NCBI GenBank assembly: GCA_050010195.1
Contig: JBEKLM010000008.1
Span: 7,843-71,842 of the forward strand
DNA: 64,000 nucleotides
Source of the DNA: Verrucomicrobiia bacterium
GTDB lineage: Bacteria; Verrucomicrobiota; Verrucomicrobiia; Palsa-1439
Reading direction: 5' to 3'
The notes under the pieces were generated by a model. It did not search any database, was not told the DNA's origin, and worked only from the letters and a program-made list of their open reading frames with translations. The translations under genes were made by a program, and so were the position numbers. Of the stretch, positions 9,671 through 18,148 are shown piece after piece. Within the stretch, counting starts at the first letter, position 1. Each line of letters opens with the position of its first letter.

Positions 9671-10384
9671 ATGAAGAAGTCCGTCTTATTGTTTATTGCG
9701 GTCACACTTGGGGGATGGGGTTTCAGCGGCGGCCGGGCTCTGGCCGCGGGAAGCAGCACCAACGCCATGGCGATTTCGATCCAAATCGCGGGCGCCATTC
9801 CCAACGAGGTCGCTGTGACGAACAAGGGGGTTGTCACGACCACGTATTCTTCGACCGCGATCAAACTCGACAACGAGGATCTGCTGAATATGCTGCAGAC
9901 GGAGTTCGCGGTGAGCTTTCCGACCGGCGCGCAATTGGCCTATTATCTGACGGGGGACATCGGGTTTCATGTGCTCGATCCAGAAGGGAATTCCATCCTG
10001 AAGGCGTCAACGAATTCATTAGATAGCAGCTACGTGTTTGCCCTGTCGAATTCCGTGGCCGGGGGAGTGTACGCCGACCTCCTCGTCGGAAAAGCGGCAA
10101 CGATCGAGGCGACGACTAACACCCAGGAGGTGGCCACGGATACGGCACCGGATTACGGGATCTATTATTCCGACAGCCATGGGAATAATTTCCATGTCGA
10201 TGGCCTGCTGGTGTTGACGCTCACTGCGACCCAGACCACGACCAGCCTCGTTTATGATACCGTGTCATTCACGCTCACCGGCCAGGGCGGCGGGAAGTTC
10301 TTTAACCCGGCCGATGGGAAGTACGACACCGGGGTGTTCACCAAGGTCAAAGTGTCCGCGAAAGGCGCCGGGATTATCCAGTAA
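9671..10384 (+). CDS. Secreted hypothetical protein
   Basis: AGGAGG RBS then ATG. Signal peptide MKKSVLLFIAVTLGGWGFSGGRALA. Thr/Ser-rich with no recognised domain. Confidence 0.6.
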   Translation: MKKSVLLFIAVTLGGWGFSGGRALAAGSSTNAMAISIQIAGAIPNEVAVTNKGVVTTTYSSTAIKLDNEDLLNMLQTEFAVSFPTGAQLAYYLTGDIGFHVLDPEGNSILKASTNSLDSSYVFALSNSVAGGVYADLLVGKAATIEATTNTQEVATDTAPDYGIYYSDSHGNNFHVDGLLVLTLTATQTTTSLVYDTVSFTLTGQGGGKFFNPADGKYDTGVFTKVKVSAKGAGIIQ

Positions 10385-10576
10385 ACCGGGCGCGGTCGGG
10401 CGAGAACAGGGAACGGGCATGTTACGGAATTCGCGGACGGGACGCGGGGAGCCCGTCGTCGAACTCGGGACAGGCCACGCCGGAGGCGGGCAAGGCCGGG
10501 CGTGGGAACGTCTGGTCCGGAAATTGTGAGGCGGTGGGCGGGTCGGCGATTGCAGTAGGAGTGGATTTGGCCCCGG

Positions 10577-10596
10577 GGCGTCAAGGCGCTGACGCC
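10577..10596. terminator. Perfect 7-bp-stem hairpin (ggcgtca aggcgc tgacgcc) between convergent genes, immediately 3' of the MTase-fusion gene
   Basis: The inverted repeat was read directly. An adjacent ccccgggg palindrome is also present. Confidence 0.35.
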
Positions 10597-10601
10597 ATCG
10601 A

Positions 10602-12647
10602 TCACTTAGTTTTGTACGGTCCAAGAAATTTGTGGCCGTCGAAGTGCACGAGGTGGTCTGGCGTGTCCGCAATCCACACCTCTGTCTCCCAGGCGATGTC
10701 TGGTGCGAATTTCCTGAACGTCTCTCGGCTGAGAAATGCGGTTACGAAAATCAGTTCAGCCGTGCATTCTCGGCACAGACGTTCCAGTTCGACTAAACGG
10801 AGCGGAGAGATCGGGCCGGAGCTGTGAACCGCCTCTATTAAGAAGAGCCAGTTCTTCTCCTCTGAATAGGCAACAATGTCCGGTAGTTCTCCGTGTTCGA
10901 GTTTAAAGAACTTCAACGAGTCCAACTTTCTTTCGTTGCGGACTAGGTATCTGTTGGCGGCATCACCAACGTAAAGAACCTCGGCGCCAAATCCATACCG
11001 AGGGAGGAACACTTCGATTACTGCCTTTTGCAGAAGATTGTGCTCGCCCGGGCTGAAGTGAAGTGTCTTCCCGTCGGGTAGCTTTACCGGAACAAGCTCA
11101 AGGTTGCGCTCTGCCTTCAGGCGTTCGGCCAGCGTGGGCCTGCCGTCCATAAATTCCTCAATTTCCTCTAGCCAACCATCCTGGCCAAAAAACTTAATAA
11201 TCTCGATGAACTCCGGAGATAGCGAGTACCCGCGTGTTGGATCATTACGCGCAGCGGCTGGTTTATTTGCGCTTGCGATAACAATTCCGGCGACAACGAG
11301 CATTTTTAGGTCTTTACGACGAATATCATCGTAAGAGCCCTTCGAAATCTGTTCTTCGAAATGCTTATTCACATAATCAATGATATCGCGCGATTTCAGC
11401 GTATCTTTGCCCGTCCGCATACGAGCGTTGGGCCAGTCTGCGCTTCGCTTTACGTCGGCAACAGCTAGAAATGCCATCGCCATCCGTTCTAGTTCACGGG
11501 GCTTCAGACCCTCAAGGGGGATGCCCAATTTAGATAGCACGAGCAAGGCTTCATTGAATAATTTTGTCAGCCGTTGACTTTTTCCAGAGGAAGCGACGAA
11601 CTGAGGTGTTTTCATTTCTGAAGACTCCTTAAATTCCAGGGGCAGCGTGAATTGATCTGGCAGATTACGGTAAAGAATCTCAGCGGATTCGAGGCGGCGT
11701 TTTGAGGCTAGGTATGTGCGAATTGCACCCGCCAGATGCCACGCGAAAAGGGGCGGCACGGCGTTGCCCACTTGGTTGAACTGGCTGGTTTCCCCGCCCG
11801 CGAACTGAAATCCGTCAGGAAAGCTTTGCAGCCTAGCCGCCTCGTGGATAAGGATCCTCCGCCGTCGCCCGTCGGGCAGGCGAATTCGATGCATGTCCCC
11901 GGTTGCGCCGGCAAGGTTGCGGCAAGTCAATGTACGCGCGGGCTGATCGGGGTGAAGATCACGCGGGCGGACACAAAAAGAGGCGCGCTCATATTTAGCT
12001 ACGTATTCGTCCATGCTTGGCGTCAGAAACTTGGATTCAGGCGGCGCTTGGGACATAAGCCCGCCCAGGGCTTCGCCAGCCGTTACCTTCGCGGAGCATT
12101 CAATGGGGAATTGAAATTCACCTCGGTGGCCAACAACAATCACCCGCTCTCGGTTCTGCGGAACTCCGAAGTTTACGGCATTGAGGAGGCGCACCTCGAC
12201 AACATAATTGAGTGCGCGCAACGCGGCGATGACTTCATCGAAATACCACCGACTCCCGTAGAGCATCCCGCGAACATTCTCGAACATCCAGATGTCGGGC
12301 TGGACGCGCTTTATAGCGGAGATGAAGATAGGAAACCCGTCACGCGAATCCTTGAGCCCCAATTGGTAACCGCCCACGCTGAAAGGCTGGCACGGCGGTC
12401 CGCCGATTATGACCTTTGCTTGAGGATATATGGTGTCGACTGTGAGAGCGACTTGCTGGCAGTCGCCTTTGAGGTTTCGGTGATACGTATCGCAGGCGTC
12501 GCGATCTTGCTCATACCCCAGCGTCTTGAATCCCTGCGCCTCGAATCCAAGTGCAAGTCCGCCACAACCTGCGAATAGATCGAGAACCAAGGGTGAGCCG
12601 TTCTCCTTCGGCTTCAGCATTGTGTTGATCTTCTCTATGTAGGGCAT
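10602..12647 (-). CDS. DNA (cytosine-5) methyltransferase fused to a ~350-aa C-terminal restriction-endonuclease-like domain (BsuBI/PstI-type by recollection)
   Basis: m5C MTase motifs: I LVLDLFAGCGGLALGF, IV GGPPCQPFSVGG, VI ENVRGM, X FNQVGNAVPP. A further 350 aa follow, containing a PD…EEK element. GC is ~52%, against >60% in flanking genes. The start was chosen at the internal Met (MPYIEKI) to limit overlap with vsr. Confidence 0.75.
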   Translation of the reverse strand: MPYIEKINTMLKPKENGSPLVLDLFAGCGGLALGFEAQGFKTLGYEQDRDACDTYHRNLKGDCQQVALTVDTIYPQAKVIIGGPPCQPFSVGGYQLGLKDSRDGFPIFISAIKRVQPDIWMFENVRGMLYGSRWYFDEVIAALRALNYVVEVRLLNAVNFGVPQNRERVIVVGHRGEFQFPIECSAKVTAGEALGGLMSQAPPESKFLTPSMDEYVAKYERASFCVRPRDLHPDQPARTLTCRNLAGATGDMHRIRLPDGRRRRILIHEAARLQSFPDGFQFAGGETSQFNQVGNAVPPLFAWHLAGAIRTYLASKRRLESAEILYRNLPDQFTLPLEFKESSEMKTPQFVASSGKSQRLTKLFNEALLVLSKLGIPLEGLKPRELERMAMAFLAVADVKRSADWPNARMRTGKDTLKSRDIIDYVNKHFEEQISKGSYDDIRRKDLKMLVVAGIVIASANKPAAARNDPTRGYSLSPEFIEIIKFFGQDGWLEEIEEFMDGRPTLAERLKAERNLELVPVKLPDGKTLHFSPGEHNLLQKAVIEVFLPRYGFGAEVLYVGDAANRYLVRNERKLDSLKFFKLEHGELPDIVAYSEEKNWLFLIEAVHSSGPISPLRLVELERLCRECTAELIFVTAFLSRETFRKFAPDIAWETEVWIADTPDHLVHFDGHKFLGPYKTK

Positions 12648-13066
12648 CGCTTTGGCTTGCTGCCTTTGATGGCCTTCTTCAGGCGTGCAACAACCCGAGA
12701 CTCTCGTTTGAGTGAATGTTCCCATATACGAATGACGCTCCAGCCCTGTCTCCTCAATTTCCGGCTAACGGCACGATCGCGAGTTTGGTTCTTAACAATC
12801 TTATCCTCCCAATACAAGGCATTCTGTCTCGGTCGCTGGAGGTGCGATGAACAACCGTGCCAAAAGCAACCGTCCACGAATACCGCTAGACGGCGACTAG
12901 CGAAGATGAAATCTGGTCTGCCCGGCAGCGCTTGATTTCGTCGCCATCCGGTGATGCCGTTTGCCCGCATGATGGACATCAGTTTCAGCTCGGTGTGCTT
13001 GTTGCCGCTTGAACGAATGGCCGCCATTACATCGGAGCGCTTCCGCTTGGTAAATATGTCAGGCAT
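12635..13066 (-). CDS. vsr: Very-short-patch repair endonuclease Vsr
   Basis: FVDGCFWHGC motif and a ~140-aa Vsr-like sequence. The 3' end overlaps the m5C MTase gene. Confidence 0.9.
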   Translation of the reverse strand: MPDIFTKRKRSDVMAAIRSSGNKHTELKLMSIMRANGITGWRRNQALPGRPDFIFASRRLAVFVDGCFWHGCSSHLQRPRQNALYWEDKIVKNQTRDRAVSRKLRRQGWSVIRIWEHSLKRESRVVARLKKAIKGSKPKRCPT

Positions 13067-13175
13067 ACGCTTTTTCGAGCTTAACCAGACAGGGAATTTT
13101 CCACAAGTTTACGGGTAGGAGACGGGGTTCAAAAGTCAGGAGACTGAAAGCAATCTCGGGTGTAAAATTGCTCTC

Positions 13176-13300
13176 ATGTGCGGTCGATTTACGTTGGCGA
13201 AAGAGCTTCGCGTAGTCGCGGCGCGATTCGGCGTTAATTGCGGCCACGGATACGACGAGGCCGCGTCTCGCTACAGTCGCAGCTCGGCTATCCCAGCGAA
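13176..13300 (+). pseudogene. Stub of an SOS-response-associated peptidase (SRAP/YedK) gene
   Basis: Translation MCGRFTLAKELRVVAARFGV matches the invariant SRAP N-terminus (MCGRF…), then degenerates into GC-rich low-complexity sequence. Confidence 0.45.
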
Positions 13301-13760
13301 CGGGTTCCATGGGGCGGCGGTGGAGGCGGGGGGCTTTCGGCTGGTGACAGCCGACGCTACAAGGACGACGGCGGACGGCGCGCTGGGCCAGCACGCCCTA
13401 CCGGGGGCAAAGGCGGCGGGGTACACGAAGGACGCGAAGTAGACACGAATCGCACGAAGGTCAAGGGGCGGAAGGCGAGGCGGACGGCGCGCTCCAAAAG
13501 AGGGCAAGAGAAGCGCAGGCTAAAGCCGTGCGGCTACCGGGGACGGCACGCCGACAGAGCGGCGTGGCTACAGGGACGGGGGACGGACCGCGGTCGACGC
13601 CCGCGGCTACAACGGGCGGGGCGGAAGGGCGGCGGGCGTGATAACGACGGCGGCTGGATACCCTCATCGGATTCGGGCATCGAGCCCTACAATGCGGCGG
13701 CGAGAAGCGGCCACGACGAAGCGTGGCCCGAACGGTGCTACCGGGCGCGTTGACACCATA
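13300..13760. repeat. GC-rich degenerate repeat tract (GCTACNNGGRCG-like units and G-runs such as gggcggggcggaagg)
   Basis: gctacaaggacg, gctaccggggacg, gctacagggacg and gctacaacgggcg recur every ~32-40 bp. Every ORF here is low-complexity G/R-rich. Confidence 0.5.
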
Positions 13761-13776
13761 GCGGGGGGCGATTACG

Positions 13777-14430
13777 ATGAGCGCGGGCATGAGCGAACTG
13801 TGGAAAGATCTGCGGAATTCTTTTTTCGCGGGGTTGCTGGTGGTGGTGCCGGTGGCGGCGTCGGTGCTGATTCTGCTGGCGGTATTCACGTGGGTGACGG
13901 ATTTCATGCTGCCGGATGCATTGCGGCAGCAGATGTTGACGCCGTTGTATCGGATCATCGCGTTGGTGCTGTTCGTGGGGTTCACGATGGGCGTGGGGTG
14001 GATCACGCGTCACATGATCGGGCGGCGGATGGTGTCGGCGACGGAGTCGATGATCGGGCGGGTGCCGTTGTTGAACAAGACGTACGGGTTCATGAAGGAG
14101 ATCAGCCAGACGCTGTTGTCGGGTCGGAAGACGATGTTTCAGCGGGTGGTATTGGTGGAATTTCCGCGGCCGGGGGTGTATTCCGTGGGATTTGTCACGA
14201 GCGAGGCGGGGGGCGAAGCGCAGGCGAAGACGGGTCAGACGGTGATCAATGTGTTTGTGCCGACGACGCCGAATCCGACGAGCGGTTTTCTGATTTTGGT
14301 GCCGCGGGGACAGTTGGTGGACCTGAACATGAGCGTGGCCGAGGGGATGAAGATGGTGATTTCGGGCGGGACGGTGGTGCCTGGGTACACGCCGGTGGGG
14401 CAGGAGACGCTGAAGCTGGGACAGCCGTAG
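13777..14430 (+). CDS. DUF502 family membrane protein
   Basis: N-terminal TM segments with DUF502-like conservation (…FFAGLLVVVPVAASVLIL…VLVEFPRPGVYSVGFVT…). Confidence 0.7.
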   Translation: MSAGMSELWKDLRNSFFAGLLVVVPVAASVLILLAVFTWVTDFMLPDALRQQMLTPLYRIIALVLFVGFTMGVGWITRHMIGRRMVSATESMIGRVPLLNKTYGFMKEISQTLLSGRKTMFQRVVLVEFPRPGVYSVGFVTSEAGGEAQAKTGQTVINVFVPTTPNPTSGFLILVPRGQLVDLNMSVAEGMKMVISGGTVVPGYTPVGQETLKLGQP

Positions 14431-14436
14431 GGGCGC

Positions 14437-15069
14437 ATGGACACCGAGCGCGCTGAGGGGATCGTCTTGCGCCGACAGACGGTGACGGAATCGAGTCTGG
14501 TCGTGACATGGTACACGCGCGAGTTTGGCAAGCTGAAGACGCTGGCCAAGGGTGCGCGACGGATCAAGGGGCCGTTTCAAGGCAAGATCGACCTATTTTA
14601 CCGCGATGAGATTGTGTTTTTGCGCAGTAAACGCAGCGATCTACATTTGTTGCACGATTGTTTCCTAGAGGAAGCCCATCCCCGGCTACGCAAATCGGTC
14701 GAATCATTGACAGCGGCGTCGTATGTGTCTGAGCTGGTGGATCTTGCGACGGAGCAAGAGGACCCGAATGAAGGGATTTACGAGCTGCTGGTAGCGGTTC
14801 TGGAAGCGCTGGAGAACCGACAGGATGGGGTACTGCTGATCTGGTTCGAGTTGCGACTGCTGGCGGCAGCGGGCTGGAAACCGAACTGGGAGGGCAAGAC
14901 GGGAGTGGGGCGGGTGCTACAGTCATTGGCGAATTCGTCGTTGGAAGGCATTGGACGCGTGAAGCTTAGCGGGGAGCAGGTAGAGGCTGGGCGGGAAGCG
15001 TTGTGGCAATTTTGGGACGGGCATCTGGGTCGGCCACCACGGACGCGTGGGTTTTTGGTGGGGAAATAG
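14437..15069 (+). CDS. recO: DNA repair protein RecO
   Basis: N-terminal OB-fold region (GIVLRRQTVTESSLVVTWYTREFGKL…) and a ~210-aa RecO-like size. Confidence 0.8.
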   Translation: MDTERAEGIVLRRQTVTESSLVVTWYTREFGKLKTLAKGARRIKGPFQGKIDLFYRDEIVFLRSKRSDLHLLHDCFLEEAHPRLRKSVESLTAASYVSELVDLATEQEDPNEGIYELLVAVLEALENRQDGVLLIWFELRLLAAAGWKPNWEGKTGVGRVLQSLANSSLEGIGRVKLSGEQVEAGREALWQFWDGHLGRPPRTRGFLVGK

Positions 15070-15073
15070 GCAA

Positions 15074-15102
15074 TTGACGTAGACGGGACGGCTTGATATA
15101 AT
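15074..15102 (+). promoter_or_regulatory. Near-consensus sigma70 promoter TTGACG-17-TATAAT upstream of the MotA-like gene
   Basis: Read directly: ttgacg tagacgggacggcttga tataat. Confidence 0.45.
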
Positions 15103-15139
15103 AAGGGCTGTAGGGTAACTGGCCATCTTGGGCGTGAGA

Positions 15140-15155
15140 CTGCATGAAAATGCAG
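15140..15155. promoter_or_regulatory. Perfect 16-bp palindrome ctgcatgaaaatgcag between that promoter and the MotA-like start codon (operator candidate)
   Basis: Inverted repeat CTGCAT-gaaa-ATGCAG read directly. Confidence 0.35.
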
Positions 15156-15201
15156 GAAAGGAAGGTTATTCCCTACAAAGTAAGCACGAAAATCGCTTGT
15201 C

Positions 15202-16944
15202 ATGAAGCAGGCGCGCGAGCGAGCCAACCAAACGATTATTCAACGAGGAGTAAATGACGCCATGGCGAATCAAGTAGTAGCATTCCCTGCCCACGAAAGG
15301 CCCCAGACCGAAATCAGCACCATCCAGATGGTCGGTATAGCCATTGTGATCACGCTGGGGGTATTTGGGATCGCGTATGTGGTCGGTGGGTTCCCGAAAG
15401 ACCTGTTTATGGGCCGGGACAAGATTCTCCCTGACCGGGTTTTTTTCCAAAGCTTGATTACGCTTGTGTGGGCGCTGTCGATGGCCAACGTCGTGTTGAA
15501 GATGGTGCGACTCAACAAAGAGCGGGCGGCGCTTGAGGAAGGCAGCGTGCCGGAGAATCTCGACATGAGCGATAAGGATGCGTTGATCGTGCAGTATGAG
15601 CGGATCAAGTTGCGCCCGGCGATGACGGAGAGCCTGGGGTTGACACGCATCGCGCGCGTGTTGGCGATGTGGATTAACACCGATGATTTCGAGCGCACGG
15701 CGCAGTACGCGCGTGAGCAAGCCGACCTCGACGCGGCCGAGTCCGATGCGACGTTTCGGCGTATCCGGTTGTTCATTTGGGCAATGCCGCTGCTGGGGTT
15801 CGTCGGTACCGTATACGGCGTGGCCAACGGGATCAGCGGTTTCTCGGGTTTTCTGCATCAGGCGAATGTGTCGATGGATCAAATCAAGGCGGCGATTGGT
15901 GACATCACGACCGGACTGGCGGTGGCGTTTATGTGTACGCTGCTGGGTCTGTTCACGGCCGGGTTGGCGGCGTTTCCCAATTTGATGGCGGAACGCCGGG
16001 AAGAGAAGATGCTGGCGGAGATCGAGGAACTGGTGGAGGACCGGCTGCTGTCGCGGATGCCATCGTCGGCCGGGGAAGAATCGAAGAGATTTCCCGTGGA
16101 ACAGATGGTGGCGGCGATCCGCGAAGGGATGGACGGACTGCAGACCCAATCGAAATTCCCCGTGGAGGAATTGGCGCAGGCCATCGACGCGGGGTTCCGG
16201 CGGTTGCCGAATCCGGATCGGTATGAAGAAGTGTTTTCCCGCGCGATCGCGAAGGCCGGCGATGTCATCAACCAGAAGTACGATGAATTCGCCGAGAATT
16301 ACGAACGACGCATTGGCGAACTGGGTTCCCAGCTCGGCGGCAAGCTGGAGGGCGTGGCCAGCAGCTTCAATAGCGGGACGCACCGGATCGTGTCCGAGTT
16401 GACCAAGACCCAGGAGCGCAACCTGGAGATTTACTCCAAGAACGAGCAGAAACTGGCGGAGAAGTTCGAGGAACTGACGGAACAATTGACCACCATCGCC
16501 AAGGAACAATCCGAGCAGTTCGGCGAAGCCCACGAAAATTACGTCGAGGCGATCCAGGAGTTGGACAAGAAGGAAATCGCGCGATTCGAGAAGATGGTCC
16601 AGGAGTTCAGCCAGCTCTCGGTACGGTTGGCCGACTCCTTCAAGCAGGCGGTCATGACGCTGGAGAATGCGTCCACGCGGTACAGTGAACGCATCCAGCA
16701 GTCGGTCGAGTCGTTGAACGAGCAACTGGAGAAAGTCACCCAGTTGGGCGCGGAGATCGACAAGGTGCTGCGGACCACACAGGCGATGGAGACGACGTTG
16801 CGTCAGGTGGGCAATTCGGATGAATTCCGCCAGACCCTGGCCAATTTGCGCAGTCACCTGAACACGAGCGATGAGTTGCTCAAGCAACTGTCGCGTCCGC
16901 GCAAGGTGATCTTCCAGGAAGCCCGGGGCGACGACAGCATGTAG
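15202..16944 (+). CDS. MotA/TolQ/ExbB-family proton-channel protein with a ~300-aa C-terminal coiled-coil tail
   Basis: Family signature (MPLLGFVGTVYGVANGISGF…IGDITTGLAVAFMCTLLGLFTAGLAAFPNLMAERR). This is followed by a long E/K/Q-rich helical region. Confidence 0.8.
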   Translation: MKQARERANQTIIQRGVNDAMANQVVAFPAHERPQTEISTIQMVGIAIVITLGVFGIAYVVGGFPKDLFMGRDKILPDRVFFQSLITLVWALSMANVVLKMVRLNKERAALEEGSVPENLDMSDKDALIVQYERIKLRPAMTESLGLTRIARVLAMWINTDDFERTAQYAREQADLDAAESDATFRRIRLFIWAMPLLGFVGTVYGVANGISGFSGFLHQANVSMDQIKAAIGDITTGLAVAFMCTLLGLFTAGLAAFPNLMAERREEKMLAEIEELVEDRLLSRMPSSAGEESKRFPVEQMVAAIREGMDGLQTQSKFPVEELAQAIDAGFRRLPNPDRYEEVFSRAIAKAGDVINQKYDEFAENYERRIGELGSQLGGKLEGVASSFNSGTHRIVSELTKTQERNLEIYSKNEQKLAEKFEELTEQLTTIAKEQSEQFGEAHENYVEAIQELDKKEIARFEKMVQEFSQLSVRLADSFKQAVMTLENASTRYSERIQQSVESLNEQLEKVTQLGAEIDKVLRTTQAMETTLRQVGNSDEFRQTLANLRSHLNTSDELLKQLSRPRKVIFQEARGDDSM

Positions 16945-16992
16945 GGTGAAAGCGTGCGCCGCACGACTCGATAATTTGGAGGCGACAACCTT

Positions 16993-17502
16993 ATGGCGCG
17001 ACGGAAACCTTACGAGAAGATCGACATCAATGTCGAACCGTTTCTGTCCATCATGGCGATCGTGCTAAAGTTGATCTCCTTGATTTTGGTGGTCATCGTC
17101 ATGCGCATCGCCATGAATCCCAATGCCAAACGGATTCCCACCTTCCCCGGATTATACAGCGGCCACGGCAATGAAATGAATCCCAAGATTCCTTCGTACA
17201 TCGATTGCCATCCGGATGGGTTGACGTTGTATTCCAGCGACGTCCCGGCTGGTGCGCAGGTACACTGGGACGATTTGCAGCGGCCGGATAATGCCGTGAA
17301 CCAACTTCTCGATAAAGTGCAGCAGCACAAGGACGACGAGTATATCGTTGTGATGGTGCGACCCTCGTCGCTGAAGTTTTACCGCACGGTACGCAATCTG
17401 ATCGAGAAACGTCCGATCGATGTGGGCTACGATGCGATTGATGCCAATTTTAAGGTCGACTGGGACGCGGCAGAGAAGGCGCTAGCCATTTCCCCGGACT
17501 GA
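16993..17502 (+). CDS. ExbD/TolR-like single-TM protein (weak similarity)
   Basis: MARRK… cytoplasmic N-terminus, one TM helix, then a periplasmic domain. The position directly after the MotA-like gene fits. Confidence 0.5.
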   Translation: MARRKPYEKIDINVEPFLSIMAIVLKLISLILVVIVMRIAMNPNAKRIPTFPGLYSGHGNEMNPKIPSYIDCHPDGLTLYSSDVPAGAQVHWDDLQRPDNAVNQLLDKVQQHKDDEYIVVMVRPSSLKFYRTVRNLIEKRPIDVGYDAIDANFKVDWDAAEKALAISPD

Positions 17503-17506
17503 CAAC

Positions 17507-18145
17507 ATGGCGCGGCGAAGAATACGGAAGGGCGAGCCGGAGATGCTGATCGTGTCGTTCTGCGACATCGTGACGATTACGACAGCGGCGCTTTTCTTTT
17601 GCTTGTTGGTCACTGTCCAGGAGTCGGTGAAAGTTCCTGTCTTCCGCCCGACGCCCCGTGCCAAAATAACATCCAAACAAGGCGTATTCTTCGAATGTCG
17701 GACAAATGAGTTATTTTTTGTCGATAAGGCCGGTTTGGACGATCAAGTGGAGAAACTGATGTCGACGTTGAATCCGGGAATTCGCGGTGGAGATCTTGAG
17801 TCGTTTCTTAAAGCTCTTCAGGGACAAGAAGTCGGGAACGCATATTACAGGGTGGATCCACGGTATTTGTTGGTCGGGAAGATGGGGTTGGAGGTGCGGA
17901 CCGGGATCGCTGGGGAAATGATAACGGAGCTGGATGACCCCAATAGCAAGTTTCAAGCGATCCTTTCTCAGTTGGACAAGAGGCAGCAATACATTGCGTT
18001 TTTGGTCAGAGATGATAGCTTTACCATATTTCGCAAGGCACGGCAGATCGCCGACACGGCTGGGTTCGACACGGGCTGGGAACTGCTCGGGATTGATGAA
18101 CCAATCAAGTTCGGGGAGGGTGGCACGGCGATCGCCACCCAATAG
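17507..18145 (+). CDS. ExbD/TolR/MotB-like single-TM protein with a conserved TM aspartate
   Basis: MARRR… then a TM helix with D (LIVSFCDIVTITTAALFF, compare ExbD LIDVVF). No OmpA/PG-binding motif was recognised. Confidence 0.5.
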   Translation: MARRRIRKGEPEMLIVSFCDIVTITTAALFFCLLVTVQESVKVPVFRPTPRAKITSKQGVFFECRTNELFFVDKAGLDDQVEKLMSTLNPGIRGGDLESFLKALQGQEVGNAYYRVDPRYLLVGKMGLEVRTGIAGEMITELDDPNSKFQAILSQLDKRQQYIAFLVRDDSFTIFRKARQIADTAGFDTGWELLGIDEPIKFGEGGTAIATQ

Positions 18146-18148
18146 GGA

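Noticed and set aside
13300-13760. Possible CRISPR array suggested by periodic GCTAC… units
   Set aside because: The repeats are short (~12 bp), degenerate and irregularly spaced (32-180 bp), with no conserved full-length repeat and no cas genes. This is not a CRISPR.
13238-14580. Overlapping ORFs (171, 272, 280 and 181 aa) across 13.2-14.6 kb
   Set aside because: They translate to poly-G/R/H low-complexity strings over a GC-rich repeat tract or lie antisense to the DUF502 and recO genes. They are not credible proteins.
15166-16887. 573-aa minus-strand ORF
   Set aside because: It is antisense to the MotA/ExbB-like gene, which carries a clear family signature, and has no motifs of its own.
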